Of a stretch of DNA of 53,525 nt, positions 19,248 through 29,728 are shown one piece after another; positions within the stretch are counted from its first letter, which is position 1; each line of letters begins with the position of its first letter. The position numbers and the translations under genes were made by a program. Source of the DNA: a virus (Duplodnaviria; Caudoviricetes); IMG/VR virus record IMGVR_UViG_3300010047_000004, positions 1 to 53,525 of that record; one strand, given 5' to 3'. The notes beneath the pieces are model-generated. The model saw only the letters and a program-made list of their open reading frames with translations. It did not search any database and was not told where the DNA came from.

Positions 19248-22200
19248 GCGACTCCCTGGGTCCGATAGCGATTCCTGATCCGCATGTCATCGGAGACTTT
19301 CCGCTTACCGGCGAGTACGCCAGCGGCTTCGACTGGACGCCGCCGATTGCGATCCATACCTTCGACCAGCCTGGGCTCAACCAGGAACAGCGCTACCTCC
19401 TGGGCAACGGCGCACGCCGCTTCCGCGTGGTGCGCGAACGCGGGCTCGCATGCAACGAATACAACGCGCTCAAGGTTCATTTCCAGCAAGCGCAAGGTCA
19501 ATACGCGCAGTTCAATTACACGCACCAATACCCAGGCGGCTCCGAGGTCGTGGTGTGCCGCTACGAGAATCCATCGATCACCTTCGATCACTTGTACGCC
19601 AACCTATGCAATGACCCAGGCATCACGCTCATCGAGGTTTCCACGACGACAGCGAACTACACGTTCAGCGCTGGACAACGTGTGACGCGCTTCCCGGACG
19701 CCACGGTGACGCCCGCGCTCCAGGCCCAGGTGCAGGAGTTCATCCCGCTGGTCAAGATCTCGCCGCGCACGCCGGTCCCAACCGCTTCGGTCCCTTCCCC
19801 GGTGGCGCCTGATCCGCTCTATCTCTCCAACCGGCGGGTCACTATGAACGGCCAGCTATTCCTGCCTCGCTTGCTGGAGTGGTCCGCAATCACGCAGACG
19901 CTGAACGAGGCCTCCGATGCGGTCACGTTCACATTCGGCAACTCCGACGACGTCTGGACGCAGTACGCCAACCTGATCAACCTCTACCGCGCCACGGTGG
20001 AGTTCAAGCTATTCCACGTCAATTCCAACTACCTGATCGATTTCTGGGCTGGCTTCGCGAGGCCGTGGAACCTCACCAGCGATGGCCGGTTCGTCATTCA
20101 GTGCAGCGACGGCGTGTTTGAACTGGGCATTCCGTATCCCTCGCGCACGGTCAGCCGGTCGTGCTGGAAAGTCTACAAGGGCCGGTTCTGTCCCTCGACG
20201 GCGAGCTTCCCCGATTGTCCGAAGGACTACGACGCATGCGTGGCGCGTGGCGTGAAGGGCTCGTTCGGCGGCATCGTGGCGTTACCGGCGAGCGTGCGCC
20301 TGAAGGACAATTCAACCGGCGTCTTCGGCTTTGGCCGGTCGCGCATCACTTCCGTCACGCTGACCAACGAGAGCGTATACCAGCGACCCATTCAGGAGAT
20401 CTGGTCGGACCATGAAATGCCGGTGGTCTGCGACGTTGCCGCCGGTCGCGAGGAGAGCGAGTTCTATTCCGCCCTGGGCATCGTCAGCGAAGGCCCGATT
20501 GCGGGCTATGCCACCAACCTGCTCAAGCACAAGTTAGACGACCAGCCGCCGCACGATCCGGTTCACAACGGCGGCTTTCGCGGGATTAACGGCAACGATC
20601 CGGCAAACCTGACAACGGAATATTTCCAGATCAGCTCGTCGCCCTGGGGCGCAGTCCCGGCGCAAAGCACTTATGCGGCTGGCGTGGCGTTCGCGGAAGT
20701 GCGGCGCACCGATGAAGTCGGCATGCAGTTGAAGCAGGTCGTGGACCGGCACATGACCGTCACGGTGGTCGGCGGCATGTACGGCTGGTCGTGGAACGCG
20801 GACAAGACGCGCAACTGGCAGCAGAAACTCAGCAACCCGGTCTGGATCGCGATCAACGTCTTCCTGCGCGGATTAGGCGAGAAGGTCACCAACGACATCA
20901 TCGGCACCATCCCCGCCAACGAGATGGAAAACTACTTCGATCTCGATGCAGCGCTAGCCGCGGCGGCCATCTGCGAAGAGATCGTGCCCAGCATGATCGT
21001 GACCGGCGTGAACGAATCCCAGTTCAAGTTTCGCGGCGTGCTGAAAGAACAGAAACCGCTCAAGGACTGGATTCAGGAAATATTGAACTGCTGCTGCGGG
21101 TATTATACGTTCGTCAACGGGAAGCTCTGGATCGGAATCCGCGAGAATGCCGCCGTGCTCACCGGCCAGGGCTTCACTCGCGACACGATCCTCTATCAGT
21201 CGCTCCAGGCAACGCCGATGGCGCCCGCGTTCAATTGGCTGGATGGTCAGTTTGGCGATGAGGAGTTCGCCGCCGATGCGAGCCAGACCGGCTCCGGCTG
21301 GGCGATGAATGTCATCTCCGTTTACGACATTGATCAGGCGCGATTCAGCGGCAACGGCGCGGCGCCGATGTACACGCGCAACCAGATGAGCTTTGTCGGC
21401 GTGTCCACCAAGTCCCAGGCGGCTCGCATCCTGGTGGCGCGGCTGCGCGAGGAACTGGGCGGCTGGGGACCGACCGAACCGCAGAACACGCGCAACATGC
21501 AGTTCCGCACGACACTGCTCGCGATGCAGACCAAGTGCGGCGATATTATCGGCGTCCAGCATTCGCGGCTACCTGCGGGCGCGAGCGCATACCAGAAAGG
21601 GCGCGTGCAGCGCTGGACGCTGAACCCGGACTTCTCCATCGATATCGTGTGCAGCGGCGTGACCGATTCGATGTACGACTTCACCGCCGGTCCCAAACCA
21701 GCGGACGTGCCGACCGACCCGGTGATACCGGAGCATCTGCCCTCGATCAATGGGCTCGCGTGGATGCCGAATCGCGTGCCGCCGGTCACGGGCGATCCGG
21801 TATACACCGATGCGATGGAGCGGTCGTTTGATTTGTGGCAGGACTACAACATTACCCGCGAAGGCATCTGGGCGCCCAGCATTTTCGTCAGCGGCGAGAT
21901 GGTCATCAACACGTTTCCCGCGCAGGTGCAGCCGCGAATATTGGGTGCGACGTTGGTCGCGGGCGGCACGCTGAACGGGCCGATGACGATCTACGTTGCC
22001 GTGGGGCAGCATGGGCCAGCGGGCTACACGATTCCCTCATTGCCGATTGCGTTGTGGATTCCGGCTGGCGTGACCGGCCAGGGCGTGCATCTCGACATGA
22101 CGCCAGCGACCAGCGGCTCCTGGGACACCTGGGACCTATACGCGGGGACCGACCGGCGGTTGATCGGCTGGCAGCAGAGCACGGTCGCGCCATTACCGGC

Positions 22201-23296
22201 GAGCACGACGTTCAATGGCCCCGTGCATCCCATGACGCACGAGCTTCCCGAACAATCCGCTCGCAAGGTCCGCATCCAGGCGAAGCATGTCTGGCATTCC
22301 GGCGTTGCGGGCGTGGTCGTGACCGGCGTGTCCAGCAATACGATCCAGTCGAACGACTTCATCGGCTCCACCGATACCTGGACGAACCGCATCCTGACAG
22401 CGGTCGCGGACGCCAGCGACGGTTCTGCACCCCTGTGGAATTTCAAGGTGATCAGTTTCAACAGTGGCGCCGGATCGTTCACCGTCACGCCGGACCCGAT
22501 GGCCGGTGATCCCCTACAGCCTGGGGATGTTCTGATCGCACGGTCGCAGCCAACCTCCTGGGACGCGGGCGGAACCTGGGTTGAGGATTCCCTGTGGAAT
22601 AACTCTGTGGGTTATGCACAGTCCGGCTTCCGCCCAGGCTGGGCTGGCCTCGATCCTGGCGTCGAGGTCGGCAACATTTTCCGCATCCTGCGCGGCAAGG
22701 GCGCCGGACAGTTTCGCGCCATCACCGCCAATACGAACATCCGCATTACCGTCAACCCGCCGCTGGACACACCGCCGGACGCGACGTCGTTGTGCATCGT
22801 GGAAGCTCGCGATTGGGTCTACTTCACAGAGACGACCGACACCAACGTCATGGCTCCTGGCGTGTCGTTTGAACTGCGGCTGCGCATCGAGAACCTCCAG
22901 AACATGGTCGCGCTGGTCGGCGGATTTCTCGTGGACGATCAAGGGCGCATCACCGATGAGGAGTCGGCGTGCATGCGCGAGATCTTCATCTTCGCGGAAC
23001 CCCCAGGCGTGCGCGAGATCGGACCCGGCGCATCGGACCCGGACGTCCCAGGCAGCACGTACTGGCTCGCCCGCGTCACCGACCAAACCATCCGCGTGGA
23101 CTGCTCCACCAACGACGTGCCGGTGCATCTCCTCGCCCTGGCGGATTACCAGGGGCGTGCGCTCTACATCGCCAACGTGAAGGGGACGCACAACGTGATC
23201 ATCACGCCGCAAGCGGGCGATCCGCTATGGGACGCCGCGACGACGATAACGCTGGGACCGCTGGAGTCGGTTACCATCACGGCGGCGGGAGATTAA
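19244..23296 (+). CDS. Tail tip/hub protein (fused Dit-like, gpL-like and gpJ-like regions)
   Basis: SCWKVYKGRFCP...DCPKDYDAC four-Cys motif like lambda gpL; SNPVWIA, IQEILNCCCG..TFVNGKLWI hub motifs. Confidence 0.75.
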   Translation: MSDSLGPIAIPDPHVIGDFPLTGEYASGFDWTPPIAIHTFDQPGLNQEQRYLLGNGARRFRVVRERGLACNEYNALKVHFQQAQGQYAQFNYTHQYPGGSEVVVCRYENPSITFDHLYANLCNDPGITLIEVSTTTANYTFSAGQRVTRFPDATVTPALQAQVQEFIPLVKISPRTPVPTASVPSPVAPDPLYLSNRRVTMNGQLFLPRLLEWSAITQTLNEASDAVTFTFGNSDDVWTQYANLINLYRATVEFKLFHVNSNYLIDFWAGFARPWNLTSDGRFVIQCSDGVFELGIPYPSRTVSRSCWKVYKGRFCPSTASFPDCPKDYDACVARGVKGSFGGIVALPASVRLKDNSTGVFGFGRSRITSVTLTNESVYQRPIQEIWSDHEMPVVCDVAAGREESEFYSALGIVSEGPIAGYATNLLKHKLDDQPPHDPVHNGGFRGINGNDPANLTTEYFQISSSPWGAVPAQSTYAAGVAFAEVRRTDEVGMQLKQVVDRHMTVTVVGGMYGWSWNADKTRNWQQKLSNPVWIAINVFLRGLGEKVTNDIIGTIPANEMENYFDLDAALAAAAICEEIVPSMIVTGVNESQFKFRGVLKEQKPLKDWIQEILNCCCGYYTFVNGKLWIGIRENAAVLTGQGFTRDTILYQSLQATPMAPAFNWLDGQFGDEEFAADASQTGSGWAMNVISVYDIDQARFSGNGAAPMYTRNQMSFVGVSTKSQAARILVARLREELGGWGPTEPQNTRNMQFRTTLLAMQTKCGDIIGVQHSRLPAGASAYQKGRVQRWTLNPDFSIDIVCSGVTDSMYDFTAGPKPADVPTDPVIPEHLPSINGLAWMPNRVPPVTGDPVYTDAMERSFDLWQDYNITREGIWAPSIFVSGEMVINTFPAQVQPRILGATLVAGGTLNGPMTIYVAVGQHGPAGYTIPSLPIALWIPAGVTGQGVHLDMTPATSGSWDTWDLYAGTDRRLIGWQQSTVAPLPASTTFNGPVHPMTHELPEQSARKVRIQAKHVWHSGVAGVVVTGVSSNTIQSNDFIGSTDTWTNRILTAVADASDGSAPLWNFKVISFNSGAGSFTVTPDPMAGDPLQPGDVLIARSQPTSWDAGGTWVEDSLWNNSVGYAQSGFRPGWAGLDPGVEVGNIFRILRGKGAGQFRAITANTNIRITVNPPLDTPPDATSLCIVEARDWVYFTETTDTNVMAPGVSFELRLRIENLQNMVALVGGFLVDDQGRITDEESACMREIFIFAEPPGVREIGPGASDPDVPGSTYWLARVTDQTIRVDCSTNDVPVHLLALADYQGRALYIANVKGTHNVIITPQAGDPLWDAATTITLGPLESVTITAAGD

Positions 23297-23297
23297 C

Positions 23298-26200
23298 ATG
23301 GCACGATCTTGGATCTACGAGAAAGGTTCTCCGACCGGCGGCTCCAGCAGTGGTTCCAGCCAGACGCCCTGGCTGTCGGACATTGACGGCAATCAGCATA
23401 ACTTGCACAACGCTTCGCTGGTTTCTGTCGCGGAGGATTTCACCGCGCCGGATAAGAAGCAGAGCACGGCGCTCTTCCCTGACAAGCTCGTCTTTTACAA
23501 CAACAACACTTCCCGCTGGGCATTCGCGGAGGAGGGCGCGGAGACAGGCTCCAACGTTGGCTCCGACCTGCACCTCTTCGCATACGACGACACGGGCGCG
23601 TTCCTGCGCACGCAGATGAGCTTCATCCGCAGCACTGGCGAGACGATCCTCAATGCCGACCAGGGCGCGGAGATCATTACCCAGGCTGGCTACGGCATCG
23701 AGTTCACGACCGACTATCTGGCGTTGCCGACGAGTACGGCATACAACTCGCTGCGCATCCCGCAGGGCGGCATCGATTGCGCGGGCATTTACCTGTCATC
23801 GCACGCCTCGCCTTACTGGGGCGGCTTCATCGACTTCCCCTCGCTGGCCGGTGCGCTGAACTTTCCGGTGGCTCTGGCGGGGCATGCATTCGGCGCGACG
23901 GATGTACTCCTGTGGGCCTCCACGTCGAACGGAACGCCAGCGCAGTTGATCGGACAGCATCTGTGCTGCAACGCCTGGATCGATGCAGCCGCTGGGTTCG
24001 TAACGGCGCAGGGCTACCACATGTTGAGTCACGCCAATAAGAGCGAGCTTAACGGGCCGGTATCCACTTATGGCGCACTGGCGCATAAGAGCGGATCGAC
24101 GTACTGGTTCTTCGATCCCACGGTCCCAGACTGGAAGACCATTGACTTCGCGGCGGCGGGAACCGGGGCAGTGCCGGGAGGCGTCGATCAGTCAGTGCAG
24201 TACAAGGTGGGCTCCGTCTTTACCGGCGATGGAAATATCAAGTGGGACTACACGCAGAAAATCCTGAATATCGTCGGCACGGCAGGCCAACAAGGTATCT
24301 ACGTCACTAACGCCTATGTGTTCGCGCAGGGTGGCTTCAATACTAGCTCTACTTCCGACAACGCCATCCAGGCGCCGAGCGGAGGCCTGACGGCCAGAAA
24401 AGCCGTCCTGACGGCCTCATCGGGTACTTTTTCGGATGCTTCGCCCATAGCGTTGGGCAGCTTCGCCACATTGTCCGGCGCTACGGCTGGTTCGGTATTC
24501 ACGCCAAACGACTTTTACACAGACATCTTCAATAGCACCATCGCCAGTGCGGGCTGGGGCACTTTTGATCAGATGCAAGTCAGGGGTAATACTTATTGCC
24601 CTGATCTGCGGGTCATTAACGTGCGCCCTTACTTTCAGGCCACTGGCACGACCGCCATCCCGTATTTAACTGGCGTGGGAGTCGGCGCATACTTCAATGC
24701 ATCGACTGGCCCCATCACGAATTACACTGCGTTCCTCGCAGATCCATGCGCCTATTTCAATGGAGCCACGACGCAAGTCACCAACTTCCGGCAGTTCTGG
24801 GCGCGTACTGCGGGCGCCGCTGGCTTCATCACTTACATGTTCGGACTTGCAGTTGAGGGCTTGACTTCTGGAGCACACAATTTTGCGATCTATACGAACC
24901 AATTAGCCAGCGCCGCTGATAGCTGGGCCATGTATCACGCTGGCGATGCATCTTCCTATTGCGGCGGTCGTCTGGGCGTACAGGTGAATCCAGCGTTTCC
25001 ACTCGACGTCAAGTCTGCGGCTGGCGCGGCGGCGATTCACGCTGACACCGGCTACATCCTCTCCGACGGCGGCTTTAACACGCCATCCGCCAGTTACCAA
25101 GCGATTCAGGCGCCCAGCGGCGGGCTGTGGTGTGCGGGCATCGGCATTGTTTCCAGTTCCATCTCACCTTACAAGGGCGGCTACATCGACCTGCCCAGGT
25201 TGCAGGGCGGCATCAATTTCCCGGCGCCACTGCTCAACGCTTCGTTCCCCGACGGCTGGACCGACGTGCTGCTCTGGGCCTCCAGCGCTAATCAGCCGCC
25301 AGCGGCGAAGATCGTCCTGACAACCCATCTCTGCTGCAACGCCTGGATCAACGCGGCTTCTGGCTTTGTGACTGCGCAGAACGTCCACATGAAGGCCCAC
25401 GCTTCGACATCGGATCTGAACCCGCCCGGTGGCGGCTATGGCGTGTTCGGCTTCCAGGGCAACTCGACGTACTACTACTGGGACGACACCCCCTCGCCCA
25501 CGTTGCCAGCGGGCTGGAAGACCATCGACTTCAACGCCGCCGGAAGTCAGACACCGTGGCTAACTGATATCAACGGCAACGGCAAAAACCTTTACAGTGT
25601 GTCCAAGATAGCCATCGGCGCGGCCAGCCCTCTGGCTCCGTTGCATATCTATCGTGGTTTTATTTTCATGCAGTCGCTGTCGCTGTCCAGTAGACCGGCC
25701 ATCTCTACAACCAGGATCGACAATGAAATCAGTGGTGGAAGTGCTCTGCTAGGCGACGATGGCTTTCTGCGTTTGTCTGCTGGTGGCGGAAGCGCGACTA
25801 CCTGGAAGGCCTGGATCGATCTCTCCGGTTACGGCGGCTCTAACCCGGATCTCGATAGAAACATCGTCTTTGGGGTTGGTACGGAGAGAATGCGGATCAA
25901 TCTCAACGGTTACGTTGGCATCAACAATCCTGGGCCAACCACATGGCTGCACGTCAAGGGTACGTCCAATAGCGCCGTTGCCATCGAGTGCGAGCAGGGC
26001 TTCATCCAGAGCAACGGCGGGCTGTATGTGGATGTGGCGACCAACTACAATTCGATTCAAACTGTTGGCGGAATCGTGGCGCTGGGACGCATCGGCGTCT
26101 TCCCGCAATTCACGCCGGATTTGGGCTCAGGCCTGACCGGCGTTACCGGCTTGTTCGTCACCTCCAACACGACCAACAACCTATTGGTGGATTGCTACGA

Positions 26201-27278
26201 TTCGGCCAACGACCCAGCCCGCGTCCCAGGCTTTATCGGACGTCGCGCATACTATACCGGCGGCTTGCCAGGGAGTGGAACATTTCAGAATCTGCCAAGC
26301 GGCCTCACGCTCATGGCAATCGGCGGGCGCGGCAGCACGACGGCTGGCTTCGTCAATGCGGCGACGGCCACGATCACGTTCGCTACTGCCGAGGCCTGGA
26401 CGGCTTCCACGCTTGGCACCGAGATCACATTCAACGTTACGCCCATTCTCCAGGCGAGTCGCTACGCCAAAATGTGGCTGCGGCAAAGCGGCATGTTGGA
26501 AGTGCGCGGAATCGTTTACGGCGAGAATTCTACTTCCGTCTACTCAACGCAACAACAAGCCACGCAAGCCATCGGGCTCCTGCTGGACAACGGCAACTTG
26601 CGATTGGCCGACAGCAACGGCGGCGGCGCGGTGATGTTCACGGCGGCGGTGACCAGCGCCAATCTGCCGGTCCCCACAGGGGGCGTGGGCGGCATTGCCT
26701 ATAACACGGGAAGCACGTTCTGGTATTACAACGGGTCCTCCTGGGGCACGGTCAACTTCGCGACGACCGGCGCGGGCGTCACCAGCGTGAACGGCATGAG
26801 CGGTCCCGCGATCTCGATTGCCGACGGCACGGGCGTCACGCATAGCAACGGATCGAACACGGTGACGATCAGCATCGGTCAGGCCGTCGCGACCAGCAAT
26901 GCTCCGACCTTCGCGGGGTTGACGGCCAACGGCACCATCACGGCGAATGGCGTAATCCAAGCGAGCAATCCCGGCGGCATCATTTTCCAAAATTCAGGCG
27001 GCTCCAACTTCCAGGTGAACAGCGCCGGAGTCGTCTCTCTCATGGAGATTCATATCAACGGCATTCTGTCTGTGGCGAGTGATGGAAAGTGGGTGCGAAC
27101 CGTGCAGACCGATAATCACGTTTATGGTGGAGACTTCGGGATCATTGGCGGCGGCGTTAGCACTGTCGCTGGCAATTACACCGGCTACACCGACTCAAGC
27201 GGCGGAATTGTGACGCTGGTGCTCAACGGCATCTCACGGAACGTCCGTATCATCGGCGGCATCATTTGCAATCCATAG
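23298..27278 (+). CDS. Long tail fibre protein (1326 aa)
   Basis: Gly/Ser/Thr-rich, ERMRINLNGYVGINNPGP and GVTSVNGMSG fibre motifs, internal duplication, two SQTPW repeats. Confidence 0.85.
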   Translation: MARSWIYEKGSPTGGSSSGSSQTPWLSDIDGNQHNLHNASLVSVAEDFTAPDKKQSTALFPDKLVFYNNNTSRWAFAEEGAETGSNVGSDLHLFAYDDTGAFLRTQMSFIRSTGETILNADQGAEIITQAGYGIEFTTDYLALPTSTAYNSLRIPQGGIDCAGIYLSSHASPYWGGFIDFPSLAGALNFPVALAGHAFGATDVLLWASTSNGTPAQLIGQHLCCNAWIDAAAGFVTAQGYHMLSHANKSELNGPVSTYGALAHKSGSTYWFFDPTVPDWKTIDFAAAGTGAVPGGVDQSVQYKVGSVFTGDGNIKWDYTQKILNIVGTAGQQGIYVTNAYVFAQGGFNTSSTSDNAIQAPSGGLTARKAVLTASSGTFSDASPIALGSFATLSGATAGSVFTPNDFYTDIFNSTIASAGWGTFDQMQVRGNTYCPDLRVINVRPYFQATGTTAIPYLTGVGVGAYFNASTGPITNYTAFLADPCAYFNGATTQVTNFRQFWARTAGAAGFITYMFGLAVEGLTSGAHNFAIYTNQLASAADSWAMYHAGDASSYCGGRLGVQVNPAFPLDVKSAAGAAAIHADTGYILSDGGFNTPSASYQAIQAPSGGLWCAGIGIVSSSISPYKGGYIDLPRLQGGINFPAPLLNASFPDGWTDVLLWASSANQPPAAKIVLTTHLCCNAWINAASGFVTAQNVHMKAHASTSDLNPPGGGYGVFGFQGNSTYYYWDDTPSPTLPAGWKTIDFNAAGSQTPWLTDINGNGKNLYSVSKIAIGAASPLAPLHIYRGFIFMQSLSLSSRPAISTTRIDNEISGGSALLGDDGFLRLSAGGGSATTWKAWIDLSGYGGSNPDLDRNIVFGVGTERMRINLNGYVGINNPGPTTWLHVKGTSNSAVAIECEQGFIQSNGGLYVDVATNYNSIQTVGGIVALGRIGVFPQFTPDLGSGLTGVTGLFVTSNTTNNLLVDCYDSANDPARVPGFIGRRAYYTGGLPGSGTFQNLPSGLTLMAIGGRGSTTAGFVNAATATITFATAEAWTASTLGTEITFNVTPILQASRYAKMWLRQSGMLEVRGIVYGENSTSVYSTQQQATQAIGLLLDNGNLRLADSNGGGAVMFTAAVTSANLPVPTGGVGGIAYNTGSTFWYYNGSSWGTVNFATTGAGVTSVNGMSGPAISIADGTGVTHSNGSNTVTISIGQAVATSNAPTFAGLTANGTITANGVIQASNPGGIIFQNSGGSNFQVNSAGVVSLMEIHINGILSVASDGKWVRTVQTDNHVYGGDFGIIGGGVSTVAGNYTGYTDSSGGIVTLVLNGISRNVRIIGGIICNP

Positions 27279-27295
27279 GTTAGACTAACTTACAT

Positions 27296-27652
27296 ATGGC
27301 ACGAGAAAGAAGTATCCCACTTAGCGTCGTGCAACGCCTGGGATTGGAGAATCTCTTAGGCGAGCAGAAGGGCAAGCGCGAGGAACTGCGCGTCTGGTAC
27401 AACGTCAGGCAGAAGATCCGCATCAACGGCGAGGAGAGGCGCAAGTATCTCCGACCGAATGGCGCCGGAGGGATGGCCTTCGATGACGTCGCCGCTGAAG
27501 CAGCCGACAGCGCGGGGTTGTTCCAGGCGAACTTGACTGACGACGAAATACGCCGTCTCATCAAGCTGGGCGACTCGATTGAATTTTCTTGCGGCATGTT
27601 GGATTGGATGGAGCCGCTCTTGCAAACCTTGGAAGCCAAGCCAGCCGACTAG
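27296..27652 (+). CDS. Hypothetical protein, possible fibre chaperone
   Basis: Last gene of the late operon, directly after the fibre. Confidence 0.55.
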   Translation: MARERSIPLSVVQRLGLENLLGEQKGKREELRVWYNVRQKIRINGEERRKYLRPNGAGGMAFDDVAAEAADSAGLFQANLTDDEIRRLIKLGDSIEFSCGMLDWMEPLLQTLEAKPAD

Positions 27653-28096
27653 CCGGTAAACCCCTGTAGCGCGTCTTCCGGCGGCTGACTGTCCTAGGGA
27701 CAACTCCTGAGCGACAGCTACGTCTTAGCCTCAAGCCCTTGATTCCAGACCATCCTGGCGCGTCTTTTCCTCATGTGCTCTCCGTCACAGAAAATTCAGC
27801 GAGCAAAAAAATATTTTTCGGTGCAAAAACGCCCTCGTGAGCGAATTTTCTCGTGCGCCTCGCGCAGGTTTCTGCTGACTGAACTTGGCGCCTCGACGTG
27901 TCGCGCAACGTGCGTTGCACATGCCGCCGTAACGCAGTTGTATTGAGCGCATTGAACTTCTCAGAGTGGCTCGCTCAGAGTTGTTCAACAATTCTTGACA
28001 AATTCGCGAACAAGCTCGCGCAAGAATTAGAAAAACTTTTGAGAAAAAAGTAGAGGAACTTTTACAAACAAGTGCTGTATCGTCAATCATTTGGGC

Positions 28097-28125
28097 TTGA
28101 CACGATTTTTGCATCGCCGTATATT
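28097..28125 (+). promoter_or_regulatory. Sigma70-type promoter TTGACA-N17-TATATT
   Basis: Perfect -35, 17-nt spacer, 5/6 -10, in an AT-rich gap upstream of the recombination operon. Confidence 0.75.
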
Positions 28126-28255
28126 TTCACTATCGAAGTTGAGAGCGACCTTAGAAATCAAATGGGCTGGGAATCAGGCGTTCAGCAACTGAGATAGATC
28201 CCTTCAACTGACACATTGAGTGACGAGTAAATCAACGAGAGGAGACGTGTGTCTT

Positions 28256-28576
28256 ATGGCTCGCCCGAACAAGCCCGCTGACGATAACAGGCCCAGGCGA
28301 TATGTGGATTTCACGCGCATCGGACTGATGCGCTTGCTAGAGGAGAAGGAACGTCGCGACGGCGGCGGCTTGGCTAAGTTTCCAGTGGGCGCCATCATTG
28401 ACGACCTGATCTTCGGTCGCATTAATTCATTGCCGCCGTGCAGCGAGGAGGAGCATGGCCCCGCGCCGGTCACGCCGCCGGTCGTGCCGCTGGTCAAGAA
28501 GCCGGTGGTGAAGAAGCGGGCGCCCAGGCGTGCGAGAGCCAACGGCGCGGCGGCTGGGGAGGCCCTCAGTGCCTGA
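28256..28576 (+). CDS. Hypothetical protein with basic Pro/Lys tail, possible DNA-binding
   Basis: GAGGAG RBS; first gene after promoter. Confidence 0.6.
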   Translation: MARPNKPADDNRPRRYVDFTRIGLMRLLEEKERRDGGGLAKFPVGAIIDDLIFGRINSLPPCSEEEHGPAPVTPPVVPLVKKPVVKKRAPRRARANGAAAGEALSA

Positions 28577-28760
28577 TCCCGGCGAGCGGGCGACGGCGCT
28601 TATCTGCGACCGCTGCAAAGAGAAGCTGGGCGCGAAGTATCTCCTGGGCCGATGGCTCTGCGCCGACTGCCGTGAGGTCGAGATGACCGACCTGATTTTA
28701 GAAGTCGCCAAGCCATTACCGTTGAGGCGTCCAGTGGCGGCGAGCAAGGGGAAGCGCTAA
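28569..28760 (+). CDS. Small zinc-finger protein
   Basis: CDRC...CADC; GTG start after GGAGG. Confidence 0.55.
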   Translation: MPDPGERATALICDRCKEKLGAKYLLGRWLCADCREVEMTDLILEVAKPLPLRRPVAASKGKR

Positions 28761-29728
28761 TGGACCCGGTGCGGCGCCGCCTGGGCATCGGCGGAAGCGA
28801 CATATCGGCGTTGATTGGCGAAGACCCGTTCAAGGACGAGAGCGACGTTTACGTCAGCAAGATTGCGGAGCCGGAGACGATTGCGGAGCCGGAGCCCCAG
28901 GTAGACGATGAGCGTGCCGAAGGGCATGTGTTTGAATCCGCGATCATCACGCTGGCGGCTCGCCGGTTCAACCTGACGGTCACGCCCAACGTCATGATCC
29001 AGCATCCCGAATGCGCCATCGCCCTGGGGACGGCTGACGCCCTGGGCGAGAAGGTCGGCGTGGAGGCCAAGCATGTTACACAGTTCAGTCCCCTGCACTT
29101 CGGGGAGTCGATTGAATCGGTCCCCAGTCACTTCGCGCTTCAGTGTTATTGGTACATGGGCGTGTCTGGGCGCGAATCTTGGATTCTGGCTGTCCATGAT
29201 CGCGGCACTATGCGCTATTACGAGTTCCGCGCAGACCCGGAGCTATTCGCCGTACTGCGGAGAATCGCGGTTCGGTGGTGGGATATGCACATTGTCGGCG
29301 GCGTGCCGGTGGAGCTTACCTCCAGCGACCTGTCGCGGCGCTGGCTTCAGCGGACTTATCCGCAGCATAAGAGGCCCGACCTGAGGTTTGCCCAGGAATC
29401 CGAACTGGAGTTATTGAACGAGTATCTATGGAACCGCATCAACGGCGCAGACCTGAAGCGGCGCAAGGAAGACCTGGAGGTGCAACTCCAGCAATTGATC
29501 GCCAATCGCGAAGGCATCAAATGGGTCGATGGTCAGGTGACCTGGAGAAAGATGAAGGATCGCAATATCACCGATTGGGAGTCGATGGCTCGCGGGCTCA
29601 TGAATCAGTTCATGCTGCCGACCGAACGCGAGGACCTGATCAAGTTCTACACGCGGACAAAGGAAGGTTCGCGGCGATTCTTATTGACGTCCAAATTTCT
29701 GAAAGAGAGAGAAGAGGAGGCTGCATAA
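28760..29728 (+). CDS. YqaJ-family (lambda Exo-like) recombination exonuclease
   Basis: RRLGIGGSDISALIG, GHVFESAI, TADAL...VEAK, QCYWYMGV motifs. Confidence 0.92.
   Translation: MDPVRRRLGIGGSDISALIGEDPFKDESDVYVSKIAEPETIAEPEPQVDDERAEGHVFESAIITLAARRFNLTVTPNVMIQHPECAIALGTADALGEKVGVEAKHVTQFSPLHFGESIESVPSHFALQCYWYMGVSGRESWILAVHDRGTMRYYEFRADPELFAVLRRIAVRWWDMHIVGGVPVELTSSDLSRRWLQRTYPQHKRPDLRFAQESELELLNEYLWNRINGADLKRRKEDLEVQLQQLIANREGIKWVDGQVTWRKMKDRNITDWESMARGLMNQFMLPTEREDLIKFYTRTKEGSRRFLLTSKFLKEREEEAA

Noticed and set aside
23298-27278. Diversity-generating retroelement acting on the fibre repeats
   Set aside because: No reverse transcriptase recognised, and the repeats differ at all base types rather than only adenines
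27785-28114. Minus-strand 109-aa ORF in the late/early gap
   Set aside because: No clear RBS, atypical composition and overlaps the promoter region; more likely regulatory DNA
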